Below, piece after piece: positions 29,566-45,092 of a stretch of 64,000 nt of DNA. Source of the DNA: the human T2T-CHM13v2.0 reference genome, Homo sapiens. The notes under the pieces are model-generated. The model was not told the DNA's origin. It was given only the letters and a program-made list of their open reading frames with translations, and did no database searches. The stretch lies in assembly GCF_009914755.1 (NCBI RefSeq), contig NC_060928.1; one strand, given 5' to 3'. Position numbers and translations under genes: made by a program. Positions within the stretch are counted from its first letter, which is position 1, and every line of letters begins with the position of its first letter.

Positions 29566-30076
29566 AAAAATTATTAATACATCCGACTTCCCTGCAGAAA
29601 CCATGCAAGCAAGAAAGAGGAGAGGGAAATACTTAAAGTGATGAGAAGAGGAAAAAACTCACCAGTGTAGAATTCTGTAGCCTATGAAATTATCCTTCAA
29701 AAATGAAGGAGAAAGTCTTTCTCCAGACAAACACAAATTTAAAGAATTTGCTATGGACACCTGCCTTGGAAAAAGGAAGATTAAAAGCAGCTCTTCAGAG
29801 TTGAGGGAAAATGACAAAGGTCAGAAACTCAGACTCACATAAAGAAAGGAAGAATTTTAGAGAAGGAATATGTGAAGATAAAATAAAATCATTTTTTATT
29901 CTTAATTGACTGACTAGAACAGTTTGTTTGAAATAATAACAGCAACAGTGTAATTGATGGGTACAGCTTATGGATAAGAGCAATGAATGGGAGAGACGAA
30001 ACGGGACTCATGAGTTATGAGATGCTTCCACTACACAGGAAGCAGTGTGTTGTTATTTGAAAGTGGACTTGGATTA

Positions 30077-30538
<462 letters not shown>

Positions 30539-31828
30539 TTAAGGGTCACAAACAGAAAATAGTAACAAATACTATAGATATTAATCCACCTCTATCAATA
30601 ATCACTTTAAATGTCAACGGTCTAAATACACCAATAAAAGAGACTGTTGGGGTGGATCAAAAAACAAGGCACAACTTGTGTTATTTGTTTCTGTGCTACA
30701 AGAAAGCACTGCATTTCAAGACTCGCATGCACAAAGCCAGCCAACTTCTACACATTCATAGTCAATTAAGGGAAATGCAAGCAGCAATTAATTCCCAGCC
30801 ACTGTTCATCTCTTGGTGTTGACACAATCTCTAAACTACAACCAAAAAAGCAAGCCTTATTTTTTTTAATTAAAAAAAGATCTTTGTAATAAATTCAATC
30901 AGATAAAAATGTCATTATAAAAATGATACTCAAGGAGCTCATAATGAAATAATATGGCCCAACAGAACACCAAAAAAACCTCATAATGACAAATCTGAAT
31001 GAAAATCACAAAGACAATGCCCATGCCAGCCAGAATTTTAAAGTTAGCTAAGCTCCTGAATATTCTATAGGCAGACCTCCGCTCCTGCTCAGTGCCAAGG
31101 TACCTCCATTGATAATGGGGATGGTGACTTCGAGCACAAGCTCTTTGAAAGCCTTAGAAGACGTACAACCATAAACATTTTGTTTCCATATGAAAAAGGT
31201 TAGAACAAGTACTCCGTATTATTTATACTTTCAGAGGGAGGGAAGGAGAGCAATAGAGAGACAGAGCCCATGTTAAACTCAATTCCTTAAAAAGCAAATG
31301 AACAAGAGTTCTCAAAGAAATTAATCCTTCCCAGCCTGACGCAAGCAGATTCATTCATCTCCCCTCTGCAACTCTGTTCCTTCTGTGGGTCTAGTTTCTA
31401 GCCATGATGTTAATGCCTGATAGTGGGTGGTGGGCAGGGGGCGCATGGAGGGAGAATCATTGTTTTACCAAGTTTCTTGCAAAGCTAATTTTGCCCTGGG
31501 ACCATGCTTCCCAACAACAATGTGTCCTCCTGGCCTTGGCACCCCAGCAAGTGTGTTCCCCACGGTGTCCTTGGCAAATCTGCCACACAGTTCCTGACAT
31601 TTCCCAGATTCCCTTGCAGGAGGTAGGGGTCATATGACTAGACCTGACCTGTGTCACTTCTGGGCTAAAGCTCTTAAAAGCTCACATCACTCTTCTCTCT
31701 CTTCTTGGCTGCAGGGACCTTTGAAGCCATGCATTGAGATGGTTGGATGACCAGACGGAGGGGGCTGGATCCCTGAATCACCCACTGGAGTGGGCCTGCA
31801 CTAGAGCATGTGTGAATTAGAATGGACT

Positions 31829-32202
31829 GATATGGTTAGGCTTTGTGTGCCCACCCAAATCTCATCTTAAATTGTAATCCCCCTGATCCCCAGGTCGAGG
31901 GAGATGCCTGGAGGAAGGTGACTGGATCACAGGGGCAGTTCCCCCATGCTGTTCTCATGATAGTGAATGAGTTCTCACAAGATCTGATGGTTTTATAAGT
32001 GTTTGACAGTTCCTCCTTCACATACTCGCTGTCTCCCGCCTGCCGCCATGTAAGACATGCCCTTTCCCCTTCCACCATGATTGTAAGTTTCCTGAGGCCT
32101 CCCCAGCCATGTGGAACTGTGAGTCATTAAACCGCTTTTCTTTATAAATGACCCAGTCTCAGGTAGTATCTTTATAGCAATGTGAGAACAGACTAATATA
32201 CA
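31829..32202 (+). mobile_element. THE1/MST-type MaLR LTR
   Basis: tgatatggttaggctttgtgt...cccaaatctcatc, gtaagtttcctgaggcctccccagccatgtggaactgtgagtc, and end gactaatataca. Confidence 0.85.
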
Positions 32203-32961
32203 GACCTTTTGGGGTTTCTTTGTTACTGCAGCCTTGCCTCATCAAACCTGACTGATGCTCTCTTCTTGAAATGCCCCTCCCCGTCTTTTCCACCTGTTCA
32301 TCTTCTTTAAAATTCAGCTTGGGCATCACCTCCTCTGGGATGCTTTAGCTGGCACCACTTCCCACCCCTAGGCTGGGTCAAGGGCTTCCTCTGCATACCA
32401 ATAGTTCCTCAAGCTTCCCTGTCTCACAGCTCTGATCACGCTGTGCTGGTGTTGCCCATCCCCGCCACCAGACTCGGTGCCCATGACAGCCAGGCCTGTT
32501 GCCTCAACCTCCCAAGAGCCTGGCTCGGTGTCTGCCAGAATCAAAGCAGCTCTTGAGTGCCTGTGAAATGGACTCAATCTGTCCACACGATGGTGCCACA
32601 ATGCCCTCTTTCACACATGCAAATACTGCACCAGGCCTGGGGAGGCAGAGATGAGCCACATCCTCTCTCCCCCACCAGAGCCTCAAGCCTAGCATGGGAG
32701 GGTGGCGCATGCATAAATAAAGACAGCCCAAAACACGCAGTGTAGATGCAGATAAACCACTGTGGATGCCCAGAGGCAAGAGAAGTGTCTTCTAGCTGGG
32801 GACTCCACACACAAGACAGCGTCTGGGCTCCCTGGCAGGCCCTGGACATGTAGAGATGGCAGGTGTAGGGCTCGTGTATCTCTGGTCTGGTATCGTTGGG
32901 GCAGAGCTGCTCAGTCTCCATGGGGGCCACTCCTCCCCATCCTCTCCCATTCTCAAGCCAT

Positions 32962-33346
32962 GGTATATGGGCTGACTCGTGTCCCTCCAAAATTCTTATG
33001 TTGAATCCCCAACCCCCAGCACCTCAGGACTTCATGTTTGGAGACAAGGTCTTTATGGAGGTAAGTTAGGTAAAATGGGGCTGTGGATTAGGGTGGGACC
33101 TAATCCAAGATGACGGATGTCCTAACAACACGAGGAAAATAGGACACAGACACATAGAAGGAAGACCATGCGAGGACATGGGGAGAAGACGGCCGTCTAC
33201 AAGCCAAGGAGAGAGGCTTCGGAAGAAACCAACCCTGGTGGCAGCTTGATCTCGGACTTCCAGTCTCCAGAATTGGGAGCAAATGTCTGTGGTGTGAGCC
33301 GCCCAGTCTGTGGAGTCCATCATGGCAGCCCCTGAAGACTGATACA
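32962..33346 (+). mobile_element. MLT1-type MaLR LTR
   Basis: atgggctgactcgtgtccctccaaaattc...ggacttccagtctccagaa...gactgataca. Confidence 0.8.
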
Positions 33347-33722
33347 GAGATGCTCCTTGAGCTGCCCGACCCCACTCCACGGACGGGGATTTCCCAGGTC
33401 CAGCCTGGCCTAGCCTTGATAAAAAAGCCATCGCATACACAGCATTTTGCAGATTAAAATAATCTAGTTCCCTGCATACCACTGCATCAACCATACCACC
33501 CCCGCTGAGAAGTTGCTTCTTGCCCCATGTTACCTATGACAAACCAGAGGCTCTGAGAGCCACAGCCAGCCTGGACTTGAACCCAAGCCTTCTAAGGCCC
33601 ATCCCACTGGTTCTTCCCCTAAACCACACTGCCCAGCACAATGCTGGCTCACACAGAACTTCTTACTAACAGTTTCAGATAGCCACCTAACACCTTGGCA
33701 GAGGCTGGTGTCAGAGGACTTA

Positions 33723-34187
<465 letters not shown>

Positions 34188-35658
34188 TTAAGTACTTCTG
34201 ACAAATCAGTACCCTAGTGATAATATCTCCCACTGGGAGCAGGAATGAAGGAAGCAAAGCCACGACGTTGAGGGACCTGCTGGAAGGAACTCGGTATCAG
34301 TCCAGAGTGATCTATTTAATCTCTCAAGGTCCCAAGAGGGAGGCCTCGCTTCCCATATTTTGTATCTGAGACAATTTGGGCACTGAGCGACTAAGTTCCT
34401 GTCCACGGTCACACAACCAAGGATGGCTCGTGTCACCTGCACCTTGCTCGACTATCCTTTTCTTGCCTACTTTTCTGATTTTTCATGGTGATTAGCACCC
34501 AGTCAGGAGCCACACTAAAGAATCTGGAATTCCAAGAAATGGCCTGCCCAGGAAAAATAAATAAATAACAAGAACTTCCTCCCTGTCCAGTCCAGCCAGC
34601 TGACCACAACCCACATCGTGGGGGTCCTGACTACACAGAAAGCCCTCGAGAACCACTGGCAGAAAGCAAAAAGCTAGTTACCAGCAGCGGCACTACCCAT
34701 CACATAACAGGCATTTAGACACAGTTGCGTTGAAGTTTGGCAAGCGCATGGGATTCCACTGACCATGCCATTGTACAGATGAGGAAACTGAGGCTCAGGG
34801 AGGTGGCATGGGGAGCCAGGATTCCACCAGGCCCCTGGGACTCTGCAGCCTATTCCCTCCAGTCCTCCTCTGCACCAGTAATCAAACTCCTACACGGTGT
34901 CCCCTCCGATGTGCCCCCACCGAGGGAATAATCACTCTTCCTCCTCAACACCCCCTCCCTATTTTCATGGTAAGGTGCTGCATGCTCCCTTGCCTTGCAG
35001 AGCCTCCCCCATAGGGCTTGGAATCGAGCCACATGCAGCTCTGCCTCCTCCACCTGACAGGACATGTGCTATGCCAGGTCCTGGCTTCCCCGTGCCAGCA
35101 GCCGGGCTCACCAGGGCCCACTGAGCCACAGCAGCCACAGTGGCTGCAAGACGGCACGCGCTGGCATTTTCCTAACAGACGGATCAGCTTTAGACGGCAC
35201 TGTTCCCGTACCTTCGCTGGGAGTCAGGAAATTCACGGCTCTGGCCCATGGAACCTTAATCACGTCACACCTGATACAGTTCCTGAAAAGTCGTCTCACA
35301 CCCTGGGTGACAGCAGACGTGCTAAGTAGGAACCCCCTTCAAGTCCTTTGCTCAGGGAAATCAGGAGCTGTGATTTGGTTGAACGTTCCAGATGGCCTCA
35401 CTCGAGAGACGCTCTTTTTCAGCCAATCCACACTCTCTCCGCACCTGGAGGCAATGACCCCCACAGGGGACCAAATGAGCTATCCTGAAATGCGGAGGCT
35501 AAAGAGCCACAAACCATATCTCTGAGACTCCCTTGGAGCTAGGGCTCTGCACATCACTTAGGTTCCATCATTCATTCAATTCATCAGTCCTTCAATCACA
35601 CAGGCCTGACCTGAACACAAGTGAGAGCCAGGTGGGGATAGGACAAGGTGCCCACTGG

Positions 35659-35793
35659 CTGGCATGGGCCTGGCAGACAAGGTGTGCTCTGGCGTTGGGG
35701 GTCCAACCATGGCCTTCTCCTTCCTGGCATGGGCCTGGCAGACAAGGTGTGCTCTGGCGTTGGGGGTCCCACCATGGCCTTCTCCTTCCTGGC
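35659..35793. repeat. 65-bp tandem duplication (2 copies, 1 mismatch)
   Basis: Units at 35659-35723 and 35724-35788, followed by ctggc. Confidence 0.92.
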
Positions 35794-36037
35794 TTGCAGC
35801 TGAGGCTGTAACCAGCTCTGGGACAGTGGCTCCCAATGCCCCAGCTCCCAGAGGTGGCAGAGGTGGCAGCTCCCGAGAGGCCAGCTCTGGGGTGACACTC
35901 TGGGGGTCAAGCCTAAGCCCAGACAAGACTCTGCTCCCTGACCTTCCACTACTGGCACCTACTTCCCTGTGCTCCGTCCCTCTACTTAAAGTAGCTGGAC
36001 AGAGTGGCTTCTGTTATCTGCACCTGAACACAGATGA

Positions 36038-36414
<377 letters not shown>

Positions 36415-36888
36415 TAAACACAGAAGCAGAAAACCAAATATTTTGACGATGTTAACTACAGACAGACCCTCCACACACCTACATCCACTGGCAGAACTTC
36501 ACGTTCTAGAACCACGGAATGGCCGTGCAGTGGCGTGTTCTCAACGGCCAGCTCTGTCTCAGAATGGGTACGAATCTTGACTCTACCACTTGTTAGCTGT
36601 TTGTCCTGGGGCAGGTGCCTTGTCCTCCCTGAGCTTCAGTTTCCCCTAACCTGGAAAAATGAGGAAAATCATAGTACCTGCCCCGGCAAAAGCGAATGCG
36701 CACAGAGCACTTTCAACAGAGCAAGGCCAGTTGGGCGCTAAGCAACTACTGCTTACTGCCTTGATTCCTGGGCTTACTGAACTCTCACGAGCCTTCATCT
36801 GGCTGGAATATGTCTCCCCACCCCACCCTGTCTGTTCATCCTCCATGGCCTTAGTCAAGCTGTTATTGTTTGCATGTGACATCATTAG

Positions 36889-36889
<1 letters not shown>

Positions 36890-36924
<35 letters not shown>

Positions 36925-36940
36925 ACACACACACACACAC
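36890..36940. repeat. (CA)n microsatellite
   Basis: About 25 CA units with one TA interruption. Confidence 0.95.
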
Positions 36941-37142
36941 CAGCAGGTCAGCCCTGCTCTCCTCTGGACTCCTCTTATGCCTGAGCCCCACTTTCCCCCT
37001 GAATTTTAACCTGCTTTGGGAGGGTTCCCATGGGCTCCAGAAACTTTCACTATTTAAAAGGGTTCTGCCCCAGTTAAAAAGCATTTGAGAACCATAGCAT
37101 CAGAAGAGCATTTCAAGGACATTGAAAAGTATTCTTGATTTA

Positions 37143-37941
<799 letters not shown>

Positions 37942-38970
37942 CTATGAACTATTGTCCCAGTTTTTTGGAGACCAATTTCATACACACAGGGGAGAAAGGC
38001 TGACAGCGGCAGAAACAATCAATGTTCACGTGGCTCTCCACCCGGACATTTGGGCTGCTCCCTATTTTTCTTTTTTCCTCTTTTTTTTTTTTTTTTCTGT
38101 GGGGAGGGACTTTCACCAACATTTGTGTGATACACATCTTCCCACATAAATCATAATGCACACCTGATGATGGGCCGACCATAAATCCCCCCACGTGGCG
38201 AGGCTGGCTCAGCAGGAGCACTGTCCCTGTTCCCCCAAAAGGCCCACCACAGACCCACCCCAGGAGTGTGTGCTCAGGTCCTGCTTCATCAACACTGGGG
38301 GTCAGTGATTCGTGGTCCCCCCGATCAGCTTAAGGCCCCTTCCAATAATGTGGCTCGGGTCTTTCTGCAGGGTCAGAGGGAAGTCGGCCCGCTAGGTGAC
38401 AGTGGTTCACAGCGTAAGGACCTCTGTCCCCACTGCTCCTGGAGGGGTGGAGAAATACATGATTTTGTTTATCTCCTTTTGATCTGTCTTCTCCAAGACA
38501 TTTTCCACAATGAAAATGTAATGCTTTTACCTGGAAAAGGGATGACAAAGTATCCCAGATAACTTGGTAGAATAATATTTCTCTCGTCTGGTGTCATCCT
38601 TTGGGCAATAAGAAAGATGCAATTAAGTAGGCAATTGTAATAAAGAAAATTACTGACCTCAGGTCAGCCACAGGCACTGGTTGGAGCTCATCTGTCCTCA
38701 GCACAGTGCCTGGTGTATGGTAGACACTGGAGAATGGTGGGATCCCTCTCTTTACAAAATCAGAAGCTGAGGTCCAAAGAGGGAAAATCACTTGCCTAAG
38801 ACCCCAGAGCTGGGTGACGGCAGAGCCAGCCCTGTGGGCCAGGCATCTGGGACCTGTAACCTCAGCAGCCAGCATGGGCCCCCTGCCCAGCATTCACAGC
38901 GAAGAAGCCTCAGTCAGTCACTACCATCCTAATTGTATCGCGTAGAATGAGAAGCAGCTACCAACATTTA

Positions 38971-39855
<885 letters not shown>

Positions 39856-41435
39856 CTACTGACTTCCTTCTGGGCTGCTTTTCCAGGGGCAGTTTTTACT
39901 TAAACTCATGTCTATCAGTCATTTTCTAGCTTGTCTTTTCCTCTTCATATCATGAAATAAGAATTTTCCAAGACGCTCTGAAGAGTGGTGGAGGCCTTCC
40001 TACCTCATTCCATCCTGGATTTAGGGACACTTTGGTTATTTCTGAGGATTTTGTACAGACTTAGAATTTTTTTCCATGGAGAGATTCCCTTTCCAATTCA
40101 CTGGCCAAACGCTGCAAAGTTTCGAAGAGGCTCGTACCCATGTATGCCCGCACAGGCAGGGGAAAGGGAGCCCCCGGGAGCTCTGTGCTTTAAAAGGGCA
40201 GTTTCTCGTGTTCTGTCCTTCCCGAGTCCAGTGTTTTTTAAACGACTGGTTTTTGCACCTCCAGCCAAAGTCTTACATGAACTTGTCACATGAGAGAAGT
40301 CCTACGTACACTCAGCAATATGTAACAGTTAAGGGATTTTGCTTTTATTTAATATTACTGGCACTTTTTTTAAGCTACCATATCACAATAATCAGAATTC
40401 CAACCCTAAATCCTTAAAATATAGCTGGAGTCTCTGCTCTCGGACTTAAGAGGCAGCTGGCATTGGGATCAAATGTGCGGCCTCTGGACAGGCACAGCTC
40501 TGCTTCCCAGCCGCCACCCTGAGGTTTCCAGGAGATGGCAATGGATGGGGTGCTCTGGCCCCGGGGCCTGGCCGCAGGCAGAGATCAGTTCATGAAGGCA
40601 GAGCTGGTTATGTGGCAGATCCTCCCAGGGGTACAAATGGCATCACAGGATTTTCAACAACTTCATTGCTTACAGGTGAGGAAACGGAGGATGGAAAGGT
40701 TTAAGGGACATGGCCGGCAATGACAAAGCCCAGCCTGGAGTCCTGAGGCCCCTCAGTCCAGCACTGTGTGTGTGTGTGTTTGTGGCCTCTCATCTCTGAC
40801 TATACTATCAATATGAAAAGAAAAACTGCCTCGATGCCTTCTGGGGGCAGCCTGGTGGACTCTGGAAGGCTGAAGTTCAACACAGACTCTGGCTCTGCCT
40901 CACTGTGTGACTTTGAGCAAGTTTCTCAGCCTCTCTGAGCCTCTGCCACCCACCTATTAAGCAGAAAGCAGCACAGCTCTCCCCTGTGAGTACGAGCTAA
41001 GTTAACCCACGCACAGCACCTTGCACAGTGCCTGGTGCGTGGTAGAGTTTGCAGAAAGCACTATCTTAATTTTTGTTTTTATTTTCCTTTGGATACATTC
41101 TAAAAGCTTTATGAACAGACTTGGGGGCTTCCTGACTTCCTGTCTGAATCTCAGCCAATTCTGGGATCTGGGTGTGGGAAGCCTCCTTTGCCATCAGCAA
41201 GGCCTCGAAACTCAGCTGCCACCAACTCCTCTCTGGCGCCATGTCTGAACCCAGGCTGGTAAGAGTCAACGGGTCCCCTCTGGAGCCAGCATGTGCCACC
41301 TCACACTCCACAATGGGACAAGAGGCAGGCCTGCTGGATCCGGCCTGGGTCCCACCTGGCCTCTTTCAGTTATGCCTCCAGCCCCTGGATAATATTTTTA
41401 AACTTTTCAGTTAATTTTGGCACCTCCCCTAGAAC

Positions 41436-41608
41436 AGCAGTTCTCTGAGTGAGATCCTTAGACCAGCAGCATCTGCATCAGCTGGGAGCTTGTTAGGAGT
41501 TAAAATTCTTTGGCCTCAACAGTAACCTACTGAACAGAACGTGGGGGTGGACTCAGCAGTGTGGGTTTTAACAAGTCCTCTGAGTGATTCTAACACACGC
41601 TGCTCTAG
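41436..41608. mobile_element. MER5A-like hAT MITE
   Basis: cagcagttctc...gaccagcagcatctgcatcagctgggagcttgttag...ttttaacaag...gtgattct. Confidence 0.65.
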
Positions 41609-42059
41609 AACAGTTTTTTATTTAAATAGAGAAGAAAAAAGAACAATTTCTGGTCATCAGGGAATAACAGAAGGCTTGTAGGACCCAGGCCAGGCAAGCC
41701 CCATCCCTTCCATTGATTGGCTGATGGCTCTGGGTGAGTGCCTTCCTTCCTTCTCAGTCTCCAGGGCTGGAGCAGGGACCACAGCATCTGCCTCACAGGC
41801 ATGCCAGGGGGTCAAAGCAGAGAGGCTCACTCGGGCCCAGCTTAGAGCCTGGCATGGGGAGGAGGCTCAGGAAGGAGGAGCTGCATCATGACACAGAGGT
41901 CTGCTTTGGACAAACCATAGGCCTTTCTGGCCCCCACATCCTGTATGTTAAAAAAAAAGTGCAAATCTGATGCAAATTGGTCCTTTAAAAGCCCTGGCCT
42001 TGTCAGCCATTCCCTTCCCATTCAGGTAAAACTGTAATGCCACAACAAAAAGTTGAACA

Positions 42060-42950
42060 CAGTAGTATACTAAACATACTTAACACCTAGATACGTAGAA
42101 AAGCACAGGCCTAGATGGCTGCAGGGGTGAATTCTATCAAATGTTTGAAGAAGAATGAATATCTAACTCTTTCAAAAAGTAAAAGTGCAAAGAACACTTC
42201 TCAACTCATTCTGTGAAGCCAGTATTACCCTGACACTGAAACCAGACAAAGATATCACATGAAAACTACAGACTAACATCCCCTACAAATATAGATGCAA
42301 AAATTCACAACACAATACTAGAAAACCAAATCCTGCAATATATAAAAGAACTATATGCCATGAGCAAGTGAGATATATCCCAGGAATGCAAAGTTGGTTT
42401 AATATCCCAAAATCAATCCATGTATTATACCATATTGATGGAATAAAGGATAAAAACCACATGACCAGTAAATAGGTACAAAAAAGACATGTTACAAAAT
42501 CCACCAGCCTTTCATGATAAAAACACTCAGTCAGCTAAGAATGAACAGAAGGGACTTTCACAACCCAATAAAGAGCATCTACCAAAACCCCACAGCTAAC
42601 ATCACTCTCAATGGTGAAACATTAACGCTTTCCCTTAAGATCTGGAACAAGACAAAGATGTCTGTTCTTGTCAATTCTATTCAACATTGGACTTGAGGTT
42701 TTAGTCAGGGCAACTAGGCAAGAAAAAGAAATAAAAGGCACCCGGATCAGAAAAGAATAAGTAAAATTATCTATTTCCCAATGACATGATCTTGTATATA
42801 GAAAATGCTAAGGAATCTACTAAAAAAACTATTAGAACTAATAAACAATTTCAGGAATGTGGCAGGATACAAGCTTAGTATACAAAAATTAATTGTATTC
42901 CTATACACTGGCAATGAACAACGTGAAAATGAAATAAGAAAACAACCGGA
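42060..42950 (+). mobile_element. L1 ORF2 (RT region) fragment, decayed
   Basis: aactcattctgtgaagccagtattaccctgac...aaaccagacaaagat, caaagttggtttaat, agaaataaaaggca. Confidence 0.85.
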
Positions 42951-43319
42951 TATAGTCTAGAGGATGCAAGTACCTTTTTGCACCACCACTGGATCAGCAT
43001 GATCATTAATAATGAATCGTAGAAACAGCCAGTATGCACAGGCACCAGCCCCATGCAAGGCACTGAGCCAGGCCCTTTCCATGCAGCATCTCCTTCAATA
43101 TTCACAAGAAATGGAGTTCTCCCCATCTGACATATACAGAACCTCTGGGGTGAAGAGGTAAAGTAACCTGCCCAAGTCACAGAGCTGATTAGTGGAGGCA
43201 CCAAAATTTGAACCCAGACAGTTTGACTCCAATATTCATGCCTTGTCCCTGCACTGAGCTCACACAGCCTTCACAGTCCCAGTGGTTCTTGGCCTGGGGT
43301 GCTCTCAAAAATATCCATA

Positions 43320-44537
43320 CCTAAAAAAAAAATTACCATATGGTCCCAGAATTCCACTTCTGGGTATATATTCAAAAGAATAAGAGCTGGGTCTTGAAGA
43401 GATATTTGTGCACCATGTTCACTGCAGCATTATTCACAATAGCCAAGAGGTGGAAACAACCTGTATTTGTGTGCTAGGCTGCTACAACAAACCACTACAC
43501 ACTGAGTGGCTTAAATATCAGAATTTTTTTCCTTGCAGTTCTGGAGGCTGGGCATCTAAGGTCATGGTATTGGCAGGGTTGGTTTTAGTATAAGACCCTC
43601 CTTGGCTTGTAGACCCTGCCTTCTTCCTGTGTCTTCACATGGTCATCCCTCTGTGTATGTCCATGTCCTAATATCTCCTCATAATCACACCAGTCATATT
43701 GAATTAGGGACCATCCTAATGACCTCAGTTTAATGTAACCACCTCTTTACAGGCCGTATCTCCAAATACTGTCACATTCTGAGGTACTGAGGATGAAGGC
43801 TTCGACATAGGAACTTTGGGGGGACACATTTCAGCCCATAGCACGTTGCAAGTGTCTCTCAATAGATGAATAGACAAATAAACTGTGGTCTATACATTCA
43901 GTGGAATATTCAGCTTTAAAAAGGAAGGAAATCCTGACACACGGTATAAGATGCATGAACCTTGAGGACATTACACTCAGTGAAATAAGCCAGTCACAAA
44001 AATAACGGAGAAGTCAAACTCATAGAGACAGAAAGTCGAATGATAGCTGCCAGGGGCTGGGGGGGAGGTTGCGGGGGGATGAGGAATTGTTGTTTAACAG
44101 CATAGTTTCAGTTTTGCTTAATGAAAAAGTTATTTATTTTGAGACAGGGTCTCACTCTGTTGCCCAGGCTAGAGAGCAGTGGCACAATCATGGCTGACTG
44201 CAGCCTTGACCTCTCGGGCTCATGTGATCCTCCCACCTCAGACCCCAAGTAGTAGTTGGGACTACAGGCATGTGTCAACACTCCCAGCTAATTTTTTATT
44301 TTTTGTAGAGACAGGTTTTCACCCTGTTGCCCAGGCTGATCTTGAACCTCTAGGCTCAAGCGATCCTCCCGCCTCAGCCTCCCAAAGTGTGGGGACTACA
44401 GGCATGAGCCACTGTGCCCAGCTGAAGAAGTCCTGATAATAGACTGTGGTGATGGTTGCATGACAATGTGAATGTACTTAACACTACTGGACTGTACACT
44501 GAAAAGTGGTTAAGATGGTCAATGTTATGTTACATGT
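43320..44537 (+). mobile_element. L1MB-like 3' end, with a nested MLT1 LTR (approx. 43462-43843, minus) and an Alu (44131-44422, minus)
   Basis: ccacttctgggtatata...gcattattcacaatagccaagaggtggaaacaacc, resuming at aagtgtctctcaatagatgaatag, then gtgaatgtacttaacactact...aagtggttaagatgg. Confidence 0.8.
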
Positions 44538-44759
44538 AGAGGATCTGAGGTAGGTGATCTGGCCTGCGGTGGGGCACAGATGTTGGTATTTTTCTAAAGC
44601 AGCCAAGGTGATTCCAGTGGTGGAACAGGATTTGAACTTGGGTCTGAACTCCAAAGTCCTCCCTCTCCCTACCGTACACTTGAGGTGACATGAGGAGATG
44701 GCATGAGAAACTTCTCTACCTCATTAAAGGATGAGAATTTCTAAAAGACCAGCTATTGA

Positions 44760-45092
<333 letters not shown>

